From NCBI RefSeq assembly GCF_009914755.1, contig NC_060926.1: a stretch of DNA of 64,000 nucleotides; one strand, given 5' to 3'. This DNA is from the human T2T-CHM13v2.0 reference genome, Homo sapiens. Shown piece by piece: positions 43,692 through 57,500 of the stretch (the stretch's first letter is position 1; each line of letters begins with the position of its first letter). The translations under genes and the position numbers were made by a program. The notes beneath the pieces were generated by a model. The model was not told the origin of the DNA. It saw only the letters and a list, made by a program, of their open reading frames with translations, and searched no databases.

Positions 43692-45190
43692 TTACACAGA
43701 GCATTCCTGATTCCTAATCTCCAGAATAGAAAAATTCAAAGGCTCAGAATCATCCCAAATCAATTATCCAGTGGCATCTGCATTTTCCGATTTCATTCTC
43801 ACTAGCCGTGTGAACATGGGCATGACCCCAGGAGCCAAGGAATTCTCTAATGCCTAAGGACAGCCATGAGGTCAATGAATAACATGTGTCAGGTTTCCCT
43901 GGCACAGAGGAGCTTCCCAGTAAATGTTATTTTCCTTAGCTATTTCCCATTTAACATGTCAATTATTCTTAGTGAGTTTCCATTCAATATGAGAGTTTAT
44001 ATAATTTGTCATATTGAATAGGAACTTGCTAAGGAAAGCTGTGTAGCAGAGGAAGCAGCCCCAAGTGACAGGACATAAACTTTAAATTCACAAGATGCTT
44101 GTATGTGAATTATGATGGTATCTGAATTAACAGTGATATTTACAGTTTAGTAATACATTTTTCTTCCCTTGTCTTGGGCTTTATAAAAACCCTGTAAGTC
44201 ATGTATGTCAGGAATTTTATCCTCATAATTGAGAGAAAAATACTCCATATTTTATTGGAAATAAGATCAGTAGATTCTCTGTATATCATACAATGTCTTG
44301 CCTACTTAAATTATCACCCCCCTTCCTATTTCAACAAAGACTTTCTCTAAGTACCCCTGGCCTCTTGCCCTGATCCATACTGTTCTCCTTGGTAATGGAG
44401 TGAGTTTCCTGCCTGGTAGGTGCAGCCATTGGCCACATTTCTCTAGTGTATGGAACTCACCGGATAAAAGGCCTCAGATGTAGGTCTCTTTCTGCTCTCT
44501 TCACCCAGGTGTTGTGGAGTGTGTCTGTCCTTGAGCACTAGCTTTCCCCTGTGTGGGCTGCCTCAAGGCCTGCATTCATCAGGTAGGGACTGTTAGCTGG
44601 TAGACCTAAGCCACCACTCCAGTACTGACTGTCAGTAAGGAAGGTGACATGCTGACCTCCATCTGCTACATCATTGTGTATATGTCTTCATTAGTTCTGC
44701 ATATTGGTGAGAAAATGGATGCTCTGATTCCTCTTGAACCCCAAGAGAATGAAGGTAAAAAAATTGAGGTCCTAATGCAAATTTTCTTAGTACACCCAAA
44801 TCTTTGGATAGAGTCCTGCACTCTTTGAGATATATCACACAATCTGTCTCACTTTCTTTTCGCATATGTTATATATTTTAAAACTTTTGTTTTTGGGGCC
44901 ACCACTTACTGGCTCTGTGATTTTAGGAAAGCTTTTCAGACCCTCAGAACCCCAGTCTCTTCATCTCTAAAGTAATAAAATATATGTAAAGAACCTATTT
45001 CAGCATGTGAATTCTGTTTTCCTTTTTCCTCTAGATGTATCATATCCAGTTAAAAAAAAATCTACTTGAACTTTGCAGGTATCTTCAGTGTTTATTACTT
45101 CTCATTTTTAACATTTATTGGAAATTAGCATATTGTCAGAATTGATATAATACAATATGTAACCTCTTTCATTAAGCTTATCATTTTTAA

Positions 45191-45394
<204 letters not shown>

Positions 45395-45700
45395 TAAGTT
45401 GCACTTACTAATTACACTTACACTGCTGCATCTGAAAGAGTAATACAACAATAGAAGCCTTTTATAGTAATTATTTGTGGCAGGTAGACTCCTAAAATGA
45501 CTCCCAAATGACCCACACCCTTGTACAATCAATACCCTGTCCCTTGAGTGACAGTGACTTGCTCTAATCAGTTGGCTTTCAGTTAATCAAAAGAGAGATT
45601 ATCTTGGGCTGAACTAAACTAATCCCAGCAAGATAACAGGGACTTCAGTCTTGCAAACAGATATCATATAAAGGGAATCATATCTGCACATTTGATTCTT

Positions 45701-47173
45701 GGACCCTGGGTAGGAATTTGTTAGAGAGCAAGGATGTGAATAAAGGTGGGAAATAAAGGTGTATCTGGTGTCTCTGCTCAAAAGCTCACATGTAGCTACA
45801 AGGCAGAGATTTAGGGGAGTGGTATCCACAGTCAAGAAGAATTAATACATAGTGTTTGAGTCTGGCTTCTTCCAATTAGCATAATGCTTTTGAGGTTCAT
45901 CCATATTGTTGCATTACCAGTAGTTTTTATTTATTTATTTTATCAGTAGTTTCTAAATTGTTGAGTAGTATATTACATTGTGTAGATATATCCTGTGTGT
46001 TTATCCATACACATTTATGGATATTTGGGAGTTGCTAGTTTTTAGCTATTCTATGAGCATTCACATACATGTCTTTGTGTGGAAATAGGTTTTCATATCT
46101 CTTGGGTAAATATACGGGAGTGGAATTGCTAGATCATATGGTAAATACTCTGTATACTTAAAATGAAGAGAAACTGTCAAACTATTTTCCATAATGGCTC
46201 TACCATACTTGATGTTTTAGAAAAGAGGAAAAACACTAGCAATTTTGATGCTGTATGTCTACAACCTAAGAGAATCTAATAATAGCGTCCTGGTCTGTCA
46301 GTGTAGGAATTGCCTAGGTAATACATGGAAGGTGTGGAGGGAGCAGGTACACAGAAAATGTGCGTCAGAAAGTTTTGCTTTTCCTATCCCACGTCATTTC
46401 TGAGTCTGATCCTCCCTACTCCTCACAAATAAATTGGTAGATTCATCTGCTTTTGGACCCTTTTCTGCTCTAGTTACTGAACTATCAGAGACTTCAGGAA
46501 GAGCTTAAGCTAAGCTATTCCAGGGAAGTTTTGGTGTTACTCTGTACTTACGGACTCCTGCGTGTCTGTCTCTGTCACCCCAGCTGCCAACTCAACTTAG
46601 AGTTTATTAGCCTGGCATTGACCAGCACACTGTGATATTCTCTGAGGCACACTGCATGCTGCTAGTGTGCCCTGGTTCATAAAGCTGGGCCTTCAGCATT
46701 GATCCCACTCCAAGTTCCTTGCTCTGTCTTCCCACAGCTGTCCCCTTGGGGGATGTGGGGGGTCTGACATCATTTGCATTATTAGTCTATTCCAAGAAAT
46801 GCACCTGTGCACTAATCAGTTCACTTTTTCTGTCTTAGTCGGCAGATCTAGCCATAGCCCAATCCCTCAATTTCTATACTAAGCCTTTTATATTAGTAAA
46901 ACTGTTATGTTATCTAGAAATTCATCAGTGGGAAAACTACTTCAAGGGAGGTAGTTAGAGGCTGCAAGGTGCTAAATATTTTTCTTTCTTTCTTTTTAAA
47001 TGTAACTTGGATCTAAAGTAAGGACGAATTTCCTTTTATTATTTGTTCAGAATATACCAGCTGGTCCTGTGGGCAGAAGTTTGTTAAGGGGCCTGGATGT
47101 GAAATAACAGTGTATCTCGTGTCTCTGCTCAAGAGCTCACATGTAGCTACAAGGCAGAGATTTAGGGGAGTGG
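45701..47173 (+). repeat. Local direct duplication: ~120 bp copies at 45701-45822 and 47063-47173
   Basis: Shared core gtgtatct.gtgtctctgctcaa.agctcacatgtagctacaaggcagagatttaggggagtgg. Confidence 0.9.
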
Positions 47174-48502
47174 CATATACGGCCAACTGAGAAATAACAA
47201 TATTGTCAGGGACTCCAAGGCACTTTGGAAGATATAAAGAATTTCTTAAATTTTCTTGTAGAATTGTTGCAAAAGGCAGACATGCTTAAATGTTTAAATA
47301 AGCTTCTTGAAAACTCATGGAACATTCAATCACAACTCCAACAGTTCTCCAAAATTTGATTTATTCTGGCCATATTATGCAGCAAAGAAACACTTGGCTA
47401 TTTATCTAAATCTCTTCTGTCTTGTAAATGATCCTAGAAAATAATCTAGAAATACATTTTATTAAAGTAATGCATGAGGTACATATCGATTACCAGCCAA
47501 TAGTTGAACTTAAACATAATGCATGGGTGTGAGGGCTGGCATTGATGATTCACAATGAACACAGTTGAATATCACTTCCCTGCTGAGACTCGGGTATCAT
47601 CGCAAAACCACAGTGAGCATCAGTGGGGATCTGCATGCTCTGGTCAAGACAGATCTCCATGCTGAGTGTCTGTTTGCCATGATGAAGAGAACAGTCAACA
47701 GGAGTGTTTGCCATGATGTAGAGAACAGTCCGGGAGGAGTGAATGGAGGATGGGGGCATGAGGAAAGATGAGGCTTTCTCTAGTTATGACCCTTTGTGTA
47801 GAAGTTAGGAGTAGGGGATAAATGTTTCTGCCTAATATTTAACTTGGAAGAGAAGATGTCCATGTGAAAAACTGCTAAATACTGAAACAAGAGAGCATGT
47901 GACTAAGCAATACCATGTGTGGCACAGAAAACAAGTGCAATAGCAGTTTAGCAAAGTGAGTTCAGTGTAGGCTGAACTGGTTAGAGCAGGTTTCCGGGTG
48001 AAGGTGAGGATTGGTGAGGGTTTGGATTGGTGGAAAGAGACGGGGAGGACATCTCACATCAAGAAGTTATGCCAGTGGATTTCAGGAGAATTGAGTGTTT
48101 GTGTCTGAAAAGCCTGTAAGAATAGGGCATGACAGTGTGGAGAAATGCATGAAAGTATGAAGGATCGTGATATCCAGTTTGAGGAGTGCTAACTAGAGGC
48201 TCTGAAGATTTGAGAAGAAACATAATGAAAGGTGTTCTCAGCCTGATCTTGGTATGCAGGACTGGTAAACCCCAAACACCTTACCATTCTATTACCTCTC
48301 CCTCAAGGAATGGGTCCCTTGATAAGAATTTAGTGTAAAAAAGATTGTCAATTCAGTGCTGCTGCTGAGTGCTAGTTTCTTTAAACACACACAGTTTTCT
48401 TTTGAGAATTTTTTTTCTATTAGATAGACGAACTGTTATTTAAATGAAAAAGGCACATAGTCCCATAAAACAATTACACATTCGGGTGATAACTTCAAAA
48501 GG

Positions 48503-49479
48503 AGAAATTAAAATGTTCTTATGTTTTGAGCAAGCATTTCCACTTCCAGACTTTGCTGCATAAACATCTGTGGTCATCTAGGGAATGCCTGACCTGGTTC
48601 AGAGGTGTCAGAGCAATGTAAAGTCACGGAAGTGCTGCAGTTCTATTCTGGGCTCTCATCTTTTTGCAGCGGTCCATTTTCTAATTTTCAACCACATATT
48701 ACCAGACAATCTCTTAAGTCATACACAACAAACTGATTCTGTTTCAATGCTTAGAATTAGAATAAAAAAGCCTAAGCAAAAATAGCACAAACATTTGAAA
48801 AACACTCCTTTTTTCTACCACTCCCTTCTTAGAACAGAAATAAAAGCCCTGTACTTTAAGAAAATGGATGGAAGAATTTTCTTTGTACTTCTTATTCTCC
48901 AAGTTACATTTACTACCTGATAGTGTTAATACCTTTTTGTAGTACCTTTCTTTAAAATATACAGGGAAATGATCTGTTCCAAGAAACTGTGTTTTTAAAT
49001 TTAATTATAGTGTGCTATGATGATTTAAAAAATGGCCTTTTGAGTAAAGGACACGAACAAGTTATTTAAAAAGTGAGCAGTAAGTGTGGTCAGTAAACAC
49101 ATCAAAAAGTTCCCTTCACTAATATTCAAAGAAATGCAAATTAGAATAATAATACCCTTGTTGCTTGTCAAATTAATACTTTAACAATTATTATGTAAAT
49201 TTTATGGATAGGATTGCAAATCAACACACCTTTCCTGGCCACTGGTGTACATAATAGAAATTCTAAAAATGTTCTTAGGCTTGACCAAGCATTTCCACTT
49301 CTAGACTTTGCTGCACAAAGATCTGTGGTCATCTAGGAGAAGGCTTGACCTGGTTCAGAGGTATCAGAGCAATGCAAAGTCATGAAAATGCTGCAATTCT
49401 ATCCTGGACTGTCATCTTTTTTGTAGTGGTCCATTCTCTAATTTTTCAATGACGTAGTACCAGACAGTCTCTTAAGTCA
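48503..49479 (+). repeat. Local direct duplication: ~220 bp copies at 48503-48721 and 49256-49479
   Basis: aagcatttccactt..agactttgctgca...gacctggttcagagg...accagaca.tctcttaagtca in both copies. Confidence 0.92.
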
Positions 49480-50342
49480 AATGTATTTGTAGGGCTCTGG
49501 ATTTGAAATTCAATCTGGCTTTCAGCCTTGATGTGGCCACTCCCAACTTGTAAAGGACCTGTGAAGACTTAGACACAGAATAAAACACAGAAGATAAGAA
49601 AACCAACTTTGAAAGAAAATTTATTGTCAAAATTGTACTGGGTCAATTGAGCAAAAACTTCAAAGAGCGTTTTCATATTAACCAAAGCATCCCTCCTCAA
49701 TTGAAACATATAAAGATATTGTTCACCCCTATCCTGACTCAGAGATCCACAAATCTGGGCATTCATCATCACCATATTCTGCTGGCAATAGTTTTAAGCA
49801 GCTAAATTACTGTTCTCTACTCTTGAGTTTCCTCCATCTCTTCAGATACAGAAAGTTCTAGAATATATTCAAATAATCAAATCTTTAATTCATTCCATAT
49901 ATCTGGCTCAAGACAGTGTCCCAATAACCTTATTCTAGAGAAAGTCAGATTTAGACTTGTGCTCATCATCATACTCATGTTCTTGACATCATTTTAAGCT
50001 CTGAGGAGACATCTCACATAACTCTCATTGATACGTGTATACATCTGTCACTCTGTGTTTGTGCTGTGATGGATGGACTTGGATGTAGATATGCATAGAT
50101 GATGAAGCAGATAGCTATATATATGGTATTGATGTAGATTCAGTACAGCTGTATAATTGCATCTGTGTTTCACATATCTTGTGTACTGTATCTTGACTGT
50201 ATCTGTGTCAATACCTAATTGAGTTATAAGGCATAAATATGTGGAGCTCTTAGCACAATACCTGGCACACTGCAATCAGTCGATGTATGTGTTTGTGTGT
50301 GTGCGTGTGTGTGTGTGTGATACAGACAGAACCTGCTAATAT

Positions 50343-50721
50343 GCATAATAGTCAGGTTGGGTTGTTATAACAAAATACTATAGACTGTGTGGCTTAAACA
50401 GCAGACATTTGTTTCTCACAGTTCTGGAGTCTGGGAAATCCAAGGTCAAGATTAGTTTCTGGTGAGAGCAGTCTTCCTCTTTTGCAGCTCCCCATGGTTT
50501 GCAAATCACAGATTTCTCGCTGTATTCTCACATAGTGTAGGAGGAACAGAGGGAGGGAAGGGAGGAAGTGCCTAAGGACACTAATCCCATGATGAGAGTT
50601 CTATCCACCATGACCTAATTACCTCCTAATGCCACCATCTCCAAATACTATCACACTGGGAATTAGGTCTTTAACATGTGAATCATTTGGGGTGGAGAAG
50701 ACAAACATTCAGCTCATAACA
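50343..50721 (-). mobile_element. MaLR LTR (MLT1-like)
   Basis: tttctcacagttctggagtctggg...catgacctaattacctc...cattcagctcataaca. Confidence 0.7.
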
Positions 50722-51819
50722 GGTAAGGTAGAAAATCTCAAGAATTTATATTTTGTATATGAAAGATCATTAATGAGCAGAATTTTAAGTTTAATGCCAA
50801 TTTTAATCTATTTTTATCTTTTCTACGATTCTTTTTTACTTTTTAATTTTTAAACTTTCATATACAAAGGGATAATATTTGGCTAAATGTTCTCTTCTTT
50901 TTGAGCTCTGGATCATTGTTACGATCACCCCATAATTGTATGTGTGCAGAGATAGTGCTTTATACATTTTTAAAACAATTTTATATACAGTATTAAATTT
51001 TATTTTTCAATAAACAATCCATGAGATAGAAAGAACATATATTTTGTTTTACAGATAAGCTCCAGGGAGAGTCTAGGGTACCTTAGATTGTATGGGTAAA
51101 ACATGGTTTATTTAAATCATAAATAAACAGTCTTATTTCCCTAAATGCACATACAGGCATCCACATCAAATGAAATCACATCACATGAATTGAACAGGCA
51201 GTTACTGACTTAGAACTTTGCACTCACAAAAGACACACTCTCCTAAATGTCTCCATCATACTATACTTTTTGTCCCCAAATGCCTAATCACTGAAGCTTC
51301 AGACTTTGTTGTTTTGATTCCCTTAGGAAAAATTCCTGGTGTTTCAGAAAAAAAGAGCCATTTAACTACATTAGAAGTTAACCCTCCTTTAAAAATGTGA
51401 CTCTGTTTTTTCCAATTAGATGATCATTTTCCATTATGAAAATAATTGAGGCAAAATAACATTCAGGTGATTTTGCTTCTCTATTATACCATCATACTAG
51501 TATAGCTAGAGGATGTCACAATGTTGTAATCTTTAGGTGATTATTCTTTGAAGTGCAGAGACCTGTATGTCTCACTCACTGATCACATCATTACAACAAC
51601 CCCTTTTTATACAAAGATCAGGAAACGGATGCTCTCATGTTAAATATCTTATTCCAGGATCACAGATGATGCTGCCAGTGGCAGAACCTAGATTTGGGTG
51701 CAGGGCCCCCTCTCAGTGCTAGTCTGTAAACATTGGACCATTCTTCCTTGAGGAGGTAGGCTAAACAGTTGTGGATGGAATAATAAATTAACTAGCATGG
51801 CTTAAAACTTCACACTTCA

Positions 51820-52334
<515 letters not shown>

Positions 52335-53018
52335 CTATCCTTATACTCTGTGTTGGTAAAGAGATATTGTAACCCCTGAAGCCTTCTATCTTTGCATAAA
52401 ATATGTCTTTATGAGTTGTGTGGTTTGAAACACAGTGTAATAGTGATTACTCTAGAATAGACATGTTGAGATAAGAATCACTGTAAGGTTGAGTGGAACT
52501 GGGGAAATAAATACAACTTTAGAAAGAAAACTGTCAAAGACTATGGCCAAACTACTAGGATATGAGACATGCAAATTCACTGCCCATATCCTTGAACTTC
52601 TGCTTCTCCTGATGTTTGATTATAATTCTATCCCTAGGAAGTTTAAAGGCTATTTTTAGCTAGCGCTTACAGCAGGGGAGAGAATACTAATCCAGGGTCT
52701 GGCACTCAGTAAGCACTTATGGATGTAAGCAGCAAATATCCTGTAGCAGGACTCATCGAAGCATAGCACATACGTAGAAAACAATGTAACCTTAGCATCA
52801 GCATCAGTGCCCCTTCTTATTATCAAGAGATTCTAATTAGAAATAAGAGGGTGTTCATATTGTGAAGATGTTTTCATTATATCTGAATTTAAGCATCAGA
52901 GAGTATTACACAGTCAAGCTACAGGAAAAAACTAAGTTTCTAACAACATATTTTCCATTACTCTGAACATTAGGAATATGCCATATTTTACAGAATGATG
53001 ATACATTAAAAGGAAATG

Positions 53019-53021
<3 letters not shown>

Positions 53022-53060
<39 letters not shown>
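53022..53060. repeat. (CA)n microsatellite
   Basis: uninterrupted CA run. Confidence 0.95.
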
Positions 53061-53063
<3 letters not shown>

Positions 53064-53749
53064 TATTGAGGAAAACTTTCCAGATTGTCTATACTCCTTG
53101 GTGCAGCTCTATGGGTTTATATATCATTTCATTAAAATTTTTCCTTCTTATTAGTCTTAGCTCGTCACAATTGTTATGCTTAATTAACTCGATCAATTGT
53201 GGATTACTGCCAGTTATATTTGCAGACACCATAGCAGCTTATTAACTCATAAACACCAAAAGATAACAGAAGCACTGGAGGACAAATCATTAAATGAATC
53301 TTTTAATTTCTAGCCTATAAATGGAAGTTAGCGCACGTTAGTTTGCCAGTTGTTTTCAATGGGTAGACACTGGAATAGTACCTTCCCTATGTCTAGGCTA
53401 TGTATGACCCATGAGGGGAAGTAATGAATCATGATCAAGCTGATACTTTCATTACCTTTAACATAGTGTGCCAAACATTGATGTTTTATCACACATTTGT
53501 GATGTTTTCTCACAAATGTTTAATTTTTATCACAAATTAATGAGCAAAAACTAAAGATCTTTGAAGATAGATTTCTTTTCCGCTTTTTCTTTTTTTGCGG
53601 GGGTGGGGGGGTTGTTTGTTTTCTAAACTACTGTTTTACTACAACCTAGACAAACATCTGGCACATAGTAGGTGTTTAATGGATGTTTGTTGGAAAGTAA
53701 GCTGCTACTATTAGCAAACGTTATAGAAGGGTCTCGAGTTCCATGAGGG

Positions 53750-54394
53750 AGCATGTTTGGAGAGGCCCATGTGTGATTTTTTACATTATAGTCAAGATGG
53801 TTATTTAGAGCATGCCACTCCCATTGGGACTTCCAACCAGGAGAGGCGATTCTGAAAGCCCCCCACTAGAGCTTCTGATCCTTTTAGATGACCCTTGTTG
53901 CACCCTTCTCCTCAAATTTTTGAACTGTCAGCAATTACAAGTGTGATGTTACAATATCTGAGATCTCCCAAGTGTGGTCCTTTCCCGCTACTTTTAAAGC
54001 AGAGGGAGACATTTGCTATTACTTGGTCAATTTTTCCCAGCCTGAGGGTGTGAAGCTTATGTTTGGAGAGAGTGTTCTTTGCCACTGGGGGTGGAATGTT
54101 CTCCTGAGAGGAGTTAGTCACCCAGTTGAAAGTGCTCCCATACCATGTCCCATTTATGCCTGATATGTCTTGAAAGGTTAAAGGTAAAGCCAATAAAGGG
54201 AACCCCAAGACGATGAGTTCCGGGTCACTGTAAGATTCCTCAGTGTCGTTGAATTGAGTGAACTACTTAGGACAGACCCAACAATTAGTCTTGTACAAAT
54301 GGGCCATGGTGGATATTGTAGGAGCTAAAGGGTGTGATGTATTACTAAGTCCGATAAAAAGTCCTAATAGACTTAGTGATAGTAAAACACTCAT
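53750..54394 (-). pseudogene. env 5' remnant (signal peptide, CWVC motif, TAG at 54263-54265)
   Basis: MSVLLSLSLLGLFIGLSNTSHPLAPTISTMAHLYKTNCWVCPK*; gamma-type SU CXXC motif. Confidence 0.75.
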
Positions 54395-54396
54395 GT

Positions 54397-54576
54397 TTAT
54401 TTTCTGTTAGTAACCATTATTCCTGCTATCAGGATAATAATTAAGCAAAATGCTACAGTAATTGAGATTCTCTGTCTGATTTTCCACCCTGAGGGTGCTA
54501 CAGTATATAGTTCTATTGCAAATAGTAGAGTGAGTATAACAATTTCTGCAAGGGTGGCATAGTAAATAATTTCCAT
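54397..54576 (-). CDS. Putative 59-aa two-transmembrane accessory ORF between pol and env
   Basis: MEIIYYATLAEIVILTLLFAIELYTVAPSGWKIRQRISITVAFCLIIILIAGIMVTNRK*; intact ATG-to-TAA; ends 2 nt before the env ATG; no expression evidence. Confidence 0.4.
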   Translation of the reverse strand: MEIIYYATLAEIVILTLLFAIELYTVAPSGWKIRQRISITVAFCLIIILIAGIMVTNRK

Positions 54577-57500
54577 CAAAAAGAAGTTTTAATATTTGGC
54601 TCAAAGGGAGAGGTAGAAATGACAAAAAGTATTTGATGAGGTAGGGGTGAGACTGAGTACGATGAGTAGTTCTTACTCAGTTACTTATCTTTTGTGATTT
54701 TCAGCTTAAGATCTATTTTTTCACAGATATTCAGGTCATTCCTTTGGGCTTTGGTCCCTTAGCTCTCCAAGGCTTTGACTCGAGTGTGATGTATCCAGAA
54801 TTTGATTCCTATGACTTTTATTCCTGAGGGAGTTGAAAGAAGAACGGTGTAAGGCCCTTCCCAGCTTGGGCTTAGGGAGGGAGGCAGGGAAAGCAGAGCC
54901 TTCACCTGTACCAAATCTCCTGGGTTAAATAGAGTGGTCCAATTTCCTGGGGTTGGGCTTTCATGAATTGTGCTAATTGGAAGTGAGCCAGAGAAGTTAC
55001 ATGCTTAACTAGCTTAGACGTTTCTCGATTTAATAGAAAATCATTGGTAAGGAAAGGCCATCCATACAGCATCTTAAAAGGGCTAAGACCTAATTTTGAA
55101 GGTGTATTTTTTATTTCTAGTAAGGCCATAGGAAGAAAAGTGACCCAAGGAAGGTGAGTTTCTTGGGATAATTTTCTGAGGTGTCTCTTGATAGATAACC
55201 CACTGGCTGTTGAGCTGGTCCTTGGGCCTGTGTTAAAACTTCCAGGGCCATCCCCTTTCTTTCTGACACATACAGATTGAAGGACTCCCCTACAGGAAGG
55301 CTGAGAGCTGCTGCTTTGAGCAAAGCTTGCTTTAGCTTGTCAAAGGCCTTTTGAACTTCAGGTTTCCAGGTTAAAAGATGAGTTTTAGCTCCCTGAGTTT
55401 TTTTATGACGTTATGTAATGGATGGGCTATTTCACCATATCCAGGTATCCACAGTTTACAAAATCCTGTAATGCCCCCAAATACTCTTAGTTGCTTGAGA
55501 GTTTTGGGGAGGGAGAAGGTGGAGATAGGCTTAATCCGCTCTTTCCCTAATGCTCTGGTCCCCTCAGACAACACTAAGCCTAGGTACTTCACTAAGGTTC
55601 TGCAGAGCTGGGCCTTGGGTTTTGAAACCTTATATCCTCTGCTAGATAAGAAGTTGAGAAGAGCTTCAGTACCTTCCTGAGAAGCTTCCTCAGTTGGGGC
55701 ACAGAGCAGTATATAATCCACATACTGCAAGACCCTAACTTGAGTATGAGAGAACTCAGAGAGGTCTGGTGACAGTGCCTGTCCAAACAGACGAAGACTA
55801 TCTCAAAATCCCTAAGGGAAAACCATCCATGTTAACTGGGTGGTCTGGCCGGAGGGATCTTCAAATGCAAACAGGTATTGAGAGTCGGGATGTAACAGTA
55901 TGCAGAAAAAGACATCTTTCAAATCTAGGACTGCAAACCATTTAGTTCCCTCAGGTATTTGAGTTAACAGGATATAGGGATTAGGGACCACTGGATGGAT
56001 TGGAACTACAGCTTTATTAATGAGGTGAAGGTCCTGAACTATTCTTCATTCCCCATTGGGTTTCTGCACTCCTAATATTGGGGTGTTGCAGGGGCTATTA
56101 CAGGGTTTGAGGAGGCCTCTAATCTTTAGGTTATTAATAATGGCTTCTAGCCCTTTCCTAGCCTCTGGCCTTAAGGGATACTCTCTCTGGTTAGGAAAAG
56201 AAGTGGGATCCTTAAGATAGATTTGGATGGGCCTAGCAGTTATAGCTCAACCTATTCTTCCTTGAGTTGCTCACACTTCTGGATTAATGTTAACTTCCAT
56301 CAGGGGGAGACAAAGAGTTTGTCCTGGGGCTATAAGGATACTGGCTCCCATGCGAGCTAGAATATCTCTACCTAATAAAGGAGTGGGACTTTTAGGCCTG
56401 ATTAGAAAGGCATATGTAAATAGTAAGCCCCCAACCTGCAGCTACGGGTTAAAGGTAAATATCAGGTTAGAGTTTTTCCTGAGACGCCTCTTACAGTCAT
56501 ACTAAAGGAAGAGGGAAGGCCTGGATTACAGAGGAGAAGAGAGACTGGCTCCAGTACCCAGAAGATCTACCTTCCTTCCTTCAATTTTCAGAATCACCCG
56601 GGGCTCTTGTGCTGTAATGGCAGACTGAGCCGCTGGAATGGGGGTTTGAGCCCCGGGACCTGTCAATCCTGCTGGACCATCTCTGAGACTGGTTCTGAAC
56701 CCAGTGACCTCTGCCTCCAGGGAAAGACCTGTCTTCAGCAGTTTCCACCACAGGCTGGACAGGGTCAAGGAAGGTTCGTATTGCTGTCTGGGCATTCCTT
56801 CTTAAAATGCCCTGGCTGGCCACATTGATAACACCTAGTGGATGCACCTTGGGGATTCTGGACTTTACAAGCTTGCAACGCTGCTACTAGAGCCTCTGTT
56901 CTCTTGTATTTCCTCTCCTTTTCTCAGGCCTCCTCCTGATCCCTATTGTAAAAGACTAAAGTGGCTATTCTCAGGAGGTTTTCTAGGGTGCTCTCTGGTC
57001 CTACAACTTGCTTCTGTAGCTTCCTTCTAATGTGGGGAGATGCCTGTGTGATAAACTTGTCCTTCAGGATGAGCTGTCCCTCAACTGAATCGGGATAAAG
57101 AGGTGTGTTTTATTAGTGCCTTTTTCAGCCTTTCCATAAAGGCTGTGGAATTCTCATCTCATCTTTGGTCTAGCATGGACAGTTTAGAGTAATTGAAAGG
57201 GTTGGCCCTGGTCTTCCATAGGCCTTCTATATTAGAAAAAGGGCTTCCTTTTCCATTCATCTCCTGAGTTATTGGGATTCCAATCAGGGTTGTCTACTGG
57301 AACTGCTTCCCTTCCTAGTGGAATGGAGTTTCCACCTCTTCCTCACCTTCCCTCTCTCCTCTTTTTCTCCTGGGTCTGCTATAGGAGACATGTTGCTCAT
57401 CTCCGTATTTTTCTGCTGCCTGCAGAACTGTCTGCTTTTCAGCTGCAGTGAGGGTCTGACTTAGCAGCAACATAACATCCCTCCGTGTGAGATCAAACAC

